64,000 nucleotides of DNA from an uncultured Candidatus Saccharibacteria bacterium. GTDB taxonomy: Bacteria; Patescibacteriota; Minisyncoccia; Minisyncoccales; Staskawiczbacteraceae. Made by a program: the position numbers and the translations under genes. This document shows, one piece after another, positions 57,013-64,000 of the stretch (its first letter is position 1; the number at the start of each line of letters is the position of its first letter). The stretch spans positions 144,091 through 208,090 of the forward strand of contig CAYZNK010000001.1 of assembly GCA_964479955.1 (NCBI GenBank), read 5' to 3'. The notes beneath the pieces were generated by a model. That model saw nothing but the letters and a program-made list of their open reading frames with translations, had not been told where the DNA came from and ran no database searches.

Positions 57013-57924
57013 ATGAAAATATTAGTTACCGGCGGAGCCGGATTTATTGGTTCTCATTTAGTAAATGAACTTATAGAACAGGGGAATGAAGTTGTGATAA
57101 TTGATAATTTGTCTACAGGTAAAAAAGAAAATATAAATTCAAAAGCAAAATTTTATAATCTTGATATTTGCGAATTTGAAAAAATTAAACCTGTTTTTAA
57201 TGGCATAGATTTTGTTTTTCATTTAGCTGCTATACCAAGGGTTCCTGTTTCAGTTCAAAATCCAATTGAAACCTCAAAAGTAAATATTTTAGGAACAATC
57301 AATGTTTTTAAGGCATCTGCAGAGGCCAATGTTAAAAGAGTTGTTTTTGCTTCTTCTTCGTCTGTTTACGGTGACCAAAAAACTTTGCCCTTAAAAGAGG
57401 ATATGATATCAAGTCCAAAAAGCCCTTATGCTCTTCAAAAATCAGTTGGAGAGCAGTTTGCAAAATTGTTCAATAATCTCTATAATATACCAATAGTTTC
57501 TTTGAGATATTTTAATGTTTATGGCCCAAGAATAGACTTTAACTCTGAATATAGTTTGGTTTTGGGAAAATTTTTAAAATTAAAAAGCCAGTCAAAACCC
57601 CTAACAGTTTTCGGTACGGGTAGTCAAACAAGGGGTTTTTGCTTTATTGATGATGTTGTAAAAGCTAATATTGCAGCCGCAACATCCAAAAATATAAAAG
57701 GAGGAGAGGTTATAAATGTGGGAAGCACTAAATCTTATTCAATCAATTATTTGGCAGAGTTTATAGGGGGCAAAATTAAATACCTGCCTGAAAGGGAAGG
57801 CGATGTAATGCACACGAAAGCTGATATATCTTTGGCAAAAAAACTTCTTTTATGGCAACCCGAAGTTTCTTTTGACGACGGGGTTAAAAGGGTAATAAAT
57901 TGGTTTGAAAAATTATACAGTTAA
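57013..57924 (+). CDS. NAD-dependent epimerase/dehydratase (UDP-hexose 4-epimerase-like); paralog of the gene at 8573
   Basis: MKILVTGGAGFIGSHL...DNLSTGKKENIN and a YALQKSVGEQF YxxxK motif. Its N-terminus is nearly identical to that of the 8573 gene product. Confidence 0.85.
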   Translation: MKILVTGGAGFIGSHLVNELIEQGNEVVIIDNLSTGKKENINSKAKFYNLDICEFEKIKPVFNGIDFVFHLAAIPRVPVSVQNPIETSKVNILGTINVFKASAEANVKRVVFASSSSVYGDQKTLPLKEDMISSPKSPYALQKSVGEQFAKLFNNLYNIPIVSLRYFNVYGPRIDFNSEYSLVLGKFLKLKSQSKPLTVFGTGSQTRGFCFIDDVVKANIAAATSKNIKGGEVINVGSTKSYSINYLAEFIGGKIKYLPEREGDVMHTKADISLAKKLLLWQPEVSFDDGVKRVINWFEKLYS

Positions 57925-57942
57925 ATTAAACAAAATAAAAAT

Positions 57943-58773
57943 ATGGAGAAATCTTTAAAAGATATAAAAGTAGGCATAATAGGGGTTGGAATGGTTGGTG
58001 GGGCGCTGAAAAGATATTTTGAGAAAAAAGGAATTACACCCTTTGCCTATGACAAGGGCCAAAATTTAGGGTCTATGAATAATGTTAACCAAGCAGACAT
58101 GATTTTTATTTGCGTGCCAACTCCCTTTGATAAAGAAAAACAAGGTTTTGACCTGTCTTATGTAAAAGAAGCATGTAATAATATTAAAGGTGAAAAGATC
58201 ATAATTATAAAATCCACAGTTGTTCCGGGAACTACAGAGAATTTTCAGAAAGAATACCCTCAACACAAATTTTTATTTAATCCAGAATTTTTAACAGAGC
58301 TTACCGCTGACCAGGACATGGGTTATCCTGATAGGCAAATCGTAGGATATACAAAAGAAAGTTATAATGTGGCGGGAGATTTGCTCTTAATGCTCCCGTT
58401 GGCTCCTTTTGAAAAAACTATGCCTGCCAAAGAAGCCGAGCTAGTCAAATATTTTGGAAATACCTGGTTTGCTGTAAAAGTTGCCTTTGCAAATCAAATG
58501 TATGACTTGTGCCAAAAAATAGGCGTAAATTATGATACTATAATGGAGTCTGCTTCAGCTGATAAAAGAATCGGAAGGTCTCATTTAGAAGTATGGCATA
58601 AAGAATATAGAGGATATGGGGGGAAATGTTTGCCAAAGGATATTAGAGCTCTGATACAATACGCAAAGGCAAATGGAATTGATTTGACACTTCATAGAAC
58701 AGCAGAAGACATCAATAACAAGCTTATGGAAGACCAAAATATTCAGGACCCTGAAAAATTTTCAAAAAGATAA
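57943..58773 (+). CDS. UDP-glucose/GDP-mannose dehydrogenase family protein, short form lacking the C-terminal UDP-binding domain
   Basis: N-terminal GIIGVGMVGGAL NAD-binding motif and the catalytic-Cys motif YGGKCLPKDIRAL. Only 276 aa. Confidence 0.7.
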   Translation: MEKSLKDIKVGIIGVGMVGGALKRYFEKKGITPFAYDKGQNLGSMNNVNQADMIFICVPTPFDKEKQGFDLSYVKEACNNIKGEKIIIIKSTVVPGTTENFQKEYPQHKFLFNPEFLTELTADQDMGYPDRQIVGYTKESYNVAGDLLLMLPLAPFEKTMPAKEAELVKYFGNTWFAVKVAFANQMYDLCQKIGVNYDTIMESASADKRIGRSHLEVWHKEYRGYGGKCLPKDIRALIQYAKANGIDLTLHRTAEDINNKLMEDQNIQDPEKFSKR

Positions 58774-58779
58774 CTTTAA

Positions 58780-59952
58780 ATGCAGAATAAAACGAAGGCA
58801 ATTTTTATAACTTTCAATGGAATTTCGGATCCGCTTGGGCAGTCGCAGGTTCTGCCATATTTGCAGGGATTAAGCAAAAGCGGAATAAAATTTTATTTGG
58901 TGAGCTTTGAAAAAAATATTAAAGATTCAGCAAAATTTTTTAAAATTTTATCCGAGGCGGGCATAAATTGGTATAGACTGAAATATTTTAAATTTCTTAA
59001 ACTTGGAATGGCCTTGAATATTTCGCAATGTTTTTTCTGCGTTAGTTATTTGTTAATTTTAAAGAAAGCAAGAATTATTCATTCCAGGTCATATCTTCCG
59101 ATATTTTCTATTTTTTTTATTAAAAAAATATTTAAGGCAAAAATTATTTTTGATATGAGAGGATTTTGGCCAGAAGAGTTAATAGATGGAAAGCGCATTA
59201 AAAAAAGTTCATTTTTTTATAAAATACTGAAATATTTGGAGAAAAAGAGTATTTTGGCATCGGACTATATAATAACTCTTACTCCGGAGGCAAAAAAAAT
59301 AATTGAGGACAATTATAGCCAAAAGAAAGTGGTATGGATGCCAACATGTGTTGACCCAGATAAATTTAGAAATAAAAGCGCAGTATCTCTTGAAAAAAGA
59401 TTTACAATGGTTTATGCTGGCAGTTTGTGGAGTTTTTATGATTTAGGTTCTTGTGCAGATTTTTTTAATATTTTAAAGACAAAGATTTCCGGAGCGCATT
59501 TTTTAGTTTTGGGAAATAATAACGAGCAGAAGTTAGACAAGCTTTTTTTAGAAAAAGGTTTGAAAAAAGAAGAATACACCATTATGAATTTAAGGCCATT
59601 GGATGTTCCTGGATATCTTTTGTCAGCAGACTTAGGAATATCTTTTAGATATGATTTTTATTCTCAAAAAGCGGCTTTTCCAACAAAACTTGCAGAATAC
59701 CTTATTGCTGGTTTGCCCGTGCTTATAAATACTCCCTCTGATTTTATTAAAGAATTTATAGAATCAAACAAAATTGGGGTTGTTGTGAATAATTTTGACA
59801 AAGAATCTTTTGAAAAAGCGGCTGATAAATTATTGGTCCTGCTGTCTGATAAAAATTTAAAACAAAGATGCGAGATTGCGTCCCAGAAATATCTATCTAA
59901 GAATGTTTGTGTTGAAAAATATACGGAAGTTTATCAAGAATTAACAAAATAA
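58780..59952 (+). CDS. Glycosyltransferase family 4
   Basis: GT-B fold with a C-terminal EYLIAGLPVLINTPSDF-type region. Confidence 0.8.
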   Translation: MQNKTKAIFITFNGISDPLGQSQVLPYLQGLSKSGIKFYLVSFEKNIKDSAKFFKILSEAGINWYRLKYFKFLKLGMALNISQCFFCVSYLLILKKARIIHSRSYLPIFSIFFIKKIFKAKIIFDMRGFWPEELIDGKRIKKSSFFYKILKYLEKKSILASDYIITLTPEAKKIIEDNYSQKKVVWMPTCVDPDKFRNKSAVSLEKRFTMVYAGSLWSFYDLGSCADFFNILKTKISGAHFLVLGNNNEQKLDKLFLEKGLKKEEYTIMNLRPLDVPGYLLSADLGISFRYDFYSQKAAFPTKLAEYLIAGLPVLINTPSDFIKEFIESNKIGVVVNNFDKESFEKAADKLLVLLSDKNLKQRCEIASQKYLSKNVCVEKYTEVYQELTK

Positions 59953-59957
59953 TATTT

Positions 59958-60491
59958 ATGATATTTCATAAAAATAAAATTGAAGGTCTTTATACGATAG
60001 AGCAGGATTTAAAATCAGATGAAAGGGGATATTTTGTCCGAAATTTTTGTTATAAAGAAATTTTAAAAGCAACCGGTGTTGAGTTCAATATAAAGCAAAT
60101 AAACCAGTCGCTTAGCAAAAAGCAGGGAACCTTAAGGGGGGTGCATTTTCAGATTTACCCCAAGGCTGAAAATAAAATAGTGCAGTGCTTAGCAGGAAAA
60201 ATTTTTGATGTTGCTCTTGATTTAAGGGAAGGGTCTGCCACTTACGGACAGTGGGTGGGAGAAGAATTATCTGCTGAAAATAAAAAACTGTTTTTTATAC
60301 CGAAAGGATTTGCTCACGGTTTTATATCTTTAGCGGATAATTGTTTAATACAATATTATTTATCCGAATTTTATTCTCCAGAATATGAAAGAGGTATTCG
60401 TTGGGATGATGCTTATTTTGGCATTAAATGGCCGGTAAAACCTTTGGTTATTTCTGAAAAAGATAAAAATTGGCCGTTAATCAAAGAATGA
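59958..60491 (+). CDS. rmlC: dTDP-4-dehydrorhamnose 3,5-epimerase (cupin)
   Basis: RGVHFQ...QCLAGKIFDVALDLREGSATYGQW...IPKGFAHGF matches the RmlC family. Confidence 0.9.
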   Translation: MIFHKNKIEGLYTIEQDLKSDERGYFVRNFCYKEILKATGVEFNIKQINQSLSKKQGTLRGVHFQIYPKAENKIVQCLAGKIFDVALDLREGSATYGQWVGEELSAENKKLFFIPKGFAHGFISLADNCLIQYYLSEFYSPEYERGIRWDDAYFGIKWPVKPLVISEKDKNWPLIKE

Positions 60492-61357
60492 AAAAAATTT
60501 TATTAACAGGAAAGACAGGACAGTTGGCCGGAGAAATTATAAAGGACGCAAAAAAATTTGGGTTTAAAGTTTTTGCTTTTGACAAACAGAATTTAGATAT
60601 ACAAGATAAGAATGAAGTTGAAAAAAAAATCAGAAAAATTAAACCAAACATACTTATAAATACTGCCGCTTATCATGTTCTTTCCTCATGCGAAGAGAAT
60701 CCTCCCTCTGCAATGAACGTTAATTTTTTAGCAGTTGCAAATTTGGCTATGTTATGCAAAAAATATAAAATAAAATTTATAACCTATAGCACAGATTATG
60801 TTTTTGACGGCAAAAAAGACTCTCCCTACAAAGAAAATGACACTCCAAATCCTTTGCAAATTTACGGAATTTCAAAACTTGCCGGCGAATATGCAGCTAT
60901 TAATATCTATCCTAAAAATAGTTTTATTATAAGAACCTGCGGGCTTTACGGTGGAAAAACGGGGAGTCCGGAAAAAGGCGGAAATTTTGTTTTAAATATA
61001 AGAAAGCAGGCCCTTAGAAAGGATAGTATAGAAATCAGTTCAGAGCAGATTGTGAGCCCCACTTATGCAGGAGACTTGAGCAAGGCAACACTAAAACTTA
61101 TTAGTAAAAAAATTGCAAAACCCGGGATATATCATCTTGTAAACAAAGGATTTTGCAGTTGGCATGAGTTTGCAGAGGAAATATTTAATTTATCAGGCAT
61201 TAACACAAAAATTAAGCCAATTGACAGAAAAGGAAGTTTTGAAAACATCAAAAAGCCAAAATTTTCCGCCTTGGAAAATACCAGGGCAAAATTAATAGGT
61301 ATAGGCCTCCCTCATTGGAAAGAAGGGTTGAAAGCCTATTTTAAGGAAATTTTATAG
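60489..61357 (+). CDS. rmlD: dTDP-4-dehydrorhamnose reductase
   Basis: MKKILLTGKTGQLAGEI...INTAAYHVLSSCEENP...YSTDYVFDG...YGISKLAGE (RmlD family). Start chosen at ATG 60489, overlapping the rmlC stop. Confidence 0.9.
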
Positions 61358-61361
61358 ATTT

Positions 61362-62459
61362 ATGAGAGTATTATTTTTAGCCGCTTATTCTGAAATAGCA
61401 GCGGCTAGCAGAATTAAGGTTTACCAGCTTTTGCCTTTATTAGAGAAAAAGGGAATAAAATGCAAGGTCATTTGTTTTACTCCGTCTTTTGTTTTCAAAA
61501 TAAGACAAGCTTCTGTTGCAAACAGGAATTTATTGCTGGTTTATTATGCTTTTCTTTACCTTATCAGGCCGCTTAAAACTGTTCTGGCTATTTTATTGGC
61601 TCCGGGATTTGATATTGTTTATATTCAAGAACCCATAATCCCATTTGGCATGGAAAGAATTTTGAAAATAGCAAACAAAAATATAGTTTTTTTGTTTACG
61701 GACGCTATTTTTTTAGGACCCCAAAAAAAAGATAAATTTTTGGAAAAGGCAAGAAAAAAGATTTTATCAAAATATTGGAAAAGAATATCAAATGTTTCCA
61801 AATACTGTCTGGTTGAAAATGATTATAATAAGGAAGCTGTATTGAAATTTTGTCCTAATGTAGAAAAAATAGCAGGGCCAATGGATACAGATAGGTATAT
61901 TGTAAAGGAATATAAAAAACATTCCGGCCCTATTGTTATCGGATGGGTTGGAACTGTTTTTACTTCAAAATATTTATATGGAATTAAAAGCGCCCTTCAA
62001 AATTTGGCAAAAAAACATGATATTGTTTTAAGAGTAATGGAGGCGACAAAAGATTTTAATATTAAGGGGGTAGTTTGTGAGAAAAAAACATGGAAAAAAG
62101 AAATAGAGCTTGATGAAGTTTCAAAATTTGACATTGGAATTATGCCTTTGCCAGATGATGAATGGACTAGGGGAAAAGGGGGGTTTAAGCTTTTGCAGTA
62201 TATGTCTCTGGGAGTTTGCGCTGTTGCTTCTCCTGTTGGAATCAATAAGGAAATAGTAGATGACGAAATAAACGGATTTTTAGCAAAAGACCAAGAAGAA
62301 TGGGAGCAAAAACTATCCAGACTAATTGAAGATGAAAATCTGCGCCGTAAAATGGGGGAAAATGCCAGAGCTACAATTGAAAATAGATATTCTTTGCAAA
62401 AAGCTATTGAAAAAATATTAAAAATTTTTAACCAAATTCAAAGCAATGGAAATTTTTAA
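61362..62459 (+). CDS. Glycosyltransferase family 4
   Basis: GT-B fold with C-terminal LQYMSLGVCAVASPVGINKEIVDDEINGFL (EX7E-like). Confidence 0.8.
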   Translation: MRVLFLAAYSEIAAASRIKVYQLLPLLEKKGIKCKVICFTPSFVFKIRQASVANRNLLLVYYAFLYLIRPLKTVLAILLAPGFDIVYIQEPIIPFGMERILKIANKNIVFLFTDAIFLGPQKKDKFLEKARKKILSKYWKRISNVSKYCLVENDYNKEAVLKFCPNVEKIAGPMDTDRYIVKEYKKHSGPIVIGWVGTVFTSKYLYGIKSALQNLAKKHDIVLRVMEATKDFNIKGVVCEKKTWKKEIELDEVSKFDIGIMPLPDDEWTRGKGGFKLLQYMSLGVCAVASPVGINKEIVDDEINGFLAKDQEEWEQKLSRLIEDENLRRKMGENARATIENRYSLQKAIEKILKIFNQIQSNGNF

Positions 62460-63933
62460 AAACAAATTATTTTCAACAATAACAACGCTTTTTTTAATTT
62501 TTGTTTTACTGGCAATATTTTATTTTGACAAGGCCTTATTGGTTGGCCTTGTTTTTGTCGGGGTTCTTATAATACTTACTTTTTTAACGCTTAAAAAGTA
62601 CAATTTATTGGATAAGCGAGTCTCTATAGCCTTCTGGTTTGGGTTTTTAATTCATTTTATTTTAGCTTTGCTTATGTATTACGCTAATTTTCATCCTTTG
62701 GGGCAGGGAGATTTTGTGTTGTACCACCAAATAGCAGAAAACGTGGCGAATAGAATTCATTCAGGAGTTTTTTATTTGGACGGTCTTAATTATCTGCACT
62801 ATTATCCTGTGTTAATTGGCGCAATTTATAGCTTTACAATACCCAAAATGATAATAGGCCAAATTTTATCAGCCTGGCTGGCAGGTATTTCTGTTTTGCT
62901 TGCTTATTTTCTGATGATTGAAATTGGAAGCTCAAAAAAAATGGCTTTCTTGGTCAGCGCAATCATTTGTTTTTATCCAAGTTTTGTTTATTTTGGAAGC
63001 TTAATGCTTAAAGACACTGTTATTTTACCCTTAGTTCTTTCTGGATTACTATTGTGCGTAAGAATGTTTAAAAATTACGAACCCTTAAAATTTTTTTCTT
63101 TTTTTATTATTTTAACTTTTATAATCCATCTAAGGTTTTACGTGGGTTTTGCATTAATGTTTAGTTTTATTATCTGTTGGTTTTTGATTTCTAACCTAAA
63201 AATTAAAAAAAGAATTGCATATGGTTTTATTTTTATTTTTATTTTAGGTTTTTCTCCATATATTATAGGATATGGTTATTATGGATTAACACCCCTTAAA
63301 GGATATTTAAACAAAGAAACAATAATAACCTACAGGGAAATCGTTTATGCCCCAACTCCAGCAATTTCTGAAGCAAATCCGGCTTCAGGATCAGGTTTTG
63401 GATTTAATATTGGCTCAATTTTTGGCATAAAGCCGGAAGGATCCAGTTCAGGTACGGGCACAGGGTCGTCTTTTATTGTAAAAACAGGCCTTGAAGAAAA
63501 CAACGCAAAATTCATTGAAAATTATTTTATTTCTTTTGTGTATGCATTCTTAGGTCCCTTTCCATGGCAATTAAAAAGTTTAAAACACTTGCTTTTTCTT
63601 ACAGAGACAGTACCGTGGTACTTTTTTCTTTACTTGATTTTATCGGGAATATCAAAATCATTTAAGACAGCAGGATTTTTTGAAACAATAAATCGTTATA
63701 AATTTTCGTTGATTCTTTTGCTGTTTTCTGCTATGGCTTTGGGGGCTCTTTCTCTTTTTATAAATAACTTTGGGATTATCGTCAGAATAAGGATACCCGC
63801 AGTTATTGCTATTTTATGCCTTCTTGGAATTGATAAAAATATGGATAATATAATTAACAAATTAACGGGATATTTTTATGAAAAAAAATTTGTTAAATTT
63901 TTTGGTTTGCCCGGATTGCAAGGGAAGTCTTAA
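62446..63933 (+). CDS. Polytopic membrane protein, GT-C fold glycosyltransferase-like (ArnT/PMT/oligosaccharyltransferase-like)
   Basis: About 12 TM helices with DxD-like loop motifs. Terminal gene of the glycan cluster. Confidence 0.5.
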   Translation: MEIFKNKLFSTITTLFLIFVLLAIFYFDKALLVGLVFVGVLIILTFLTLKKYNLLDKRVSIAFWFGFLIHFILALLMYYANFHPLGQGDFVLYHQIAENVANRIHSGVFYLDGLNYLHYYPVLIGAIYSFTIPKMIIGQILSAWLAGISVLLAYFLMIEIGSSKKMAFLVSAIICFYPSFVYFGSLMLKDTVILPLVLSGLLLCVRMFKNYEPLKFFSFFIILTFIIHLRFYVGFALMFSFIICWFLISNLKIKKRIAYGFIFIFILGFSPYIIGYGYYGLTPLKGYLNKETIITYREIVYAPTPAISEANPASGSGFGFNIGSIFGIKPEGSSSGTGTGSSFIVKTGLEENNAKFIENYFISFVYAFLGPFPWQLKSLKHLLFLTETVPWYFFLYLILSGISKSFKTAGFFETINRYKFSLILLLFSAMALGALSLFINNFGIIVRIRIPAVIAILCLLGIDKNMDNIINKLTGYFYEKKFVKFFGLPGLQGKS

Positions 63934-64000
63934 TTTAAAAGCACTTAAAGAAGAAAACTCAGAAACAAAAGAGGGTATTCTTTTGTGTAACTGTGGACAA
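63878..64000 (+). CDS. Trm112-like (DUF343) small protein, 5' part (continues beyond the window)
   Basis: MKKNLLNFLVCPDCKGSLNL carries the LxxLVCPxCKGxL zinc-ribbon signature. Confidence 0.5.
   Translation, partial: MKKNLLNFLVCPDCKGSLNLKALKEENSETKEGILLCNCGQ

Overview
The window is AT-rich (about 30-35% GC) and gene-dense. Almost no genes carry a Shine-Dalgarno sequence, and the gene content (ftsA-ftsZ, class III RNR nrdDG, a compact ComEC, type IV pilin, a surface protein with a peptidoglycan-binding domain, very large glycan loci) fits a Candidate Phyla Radiation / Patescibacteria-like bacterium. TGA works as a stop codon, so the standard code 11 applies.

Layout:
- 1-6.5 kb: cell division and DNA genes (ftsA partial, ftsZ, nrdD, nrdG, comEC).
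- 6.5-13 kb: a small beta-carbonic-anhydrase-like gene on the opposite strand, then a putative glycolipid/envelope module (GT28-like glycosyltransferase, SDR epimerase, GT4, a membrane-anchored GH-A glycosidase) and htrA.
- 13.1-14.2 kb: a compositionally foreign island with small SD-bearing ORFs, a palindromic terminator and a transposase remnant.
- 14.2-17.4 kb: clpB and a type IV pilin.
- 18.5-23.1 kb: a roughly 1500-aa secreted multidomain protein (lipase-like alpha/beta-hydrolase, three lamin-tail domains, Fn3, parallel beta-helix) split by a +1 frameshift.
- 23.1-24.1 kb: a second GC-rich island with two divergent SD-bearing small genes that share a palindromic operator overlapping both -35 boxes.
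- 24.2-26.3 kb: an HTH regulator, then three GATAGGACA direct repeats, then an ECF sigma factor and a putative anti-sigma factor.
- 26.5-30.2 kb: a 1209-aa Thr/Ser-rich surface (S-layer-like) protein with an N-terminal peptidoglycan-binding domain.
- 30.3-64 kb: a roughly 34-kb glycan biosynthesis super-cluster. It contains a Wzy_C/O-antigen-ligase-family protein with TPR repeats, a carbamoyltransferase-SxtJ-DUF5989 trio, an SGNH hydrolase, two Wzx flippases, seven or more glycosyltransferases, five SDR epimerase/dehydratases, six SAM methyltransferases, a radical SAM enzyme, a split transketolase, a CDP-hexose pathway (rfbF plus dehydratase), rmlCD and a truncated UGDH.

The most interesting hypothesis is a protein O-glycosylation system: the S-layer-like protein next to a PglL/WsaB-type Wzy_C oligosaccharyltransferase candidate and a heavily decorated glycan pathway. 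I found no CRISPR array, rRNA or tRNA.
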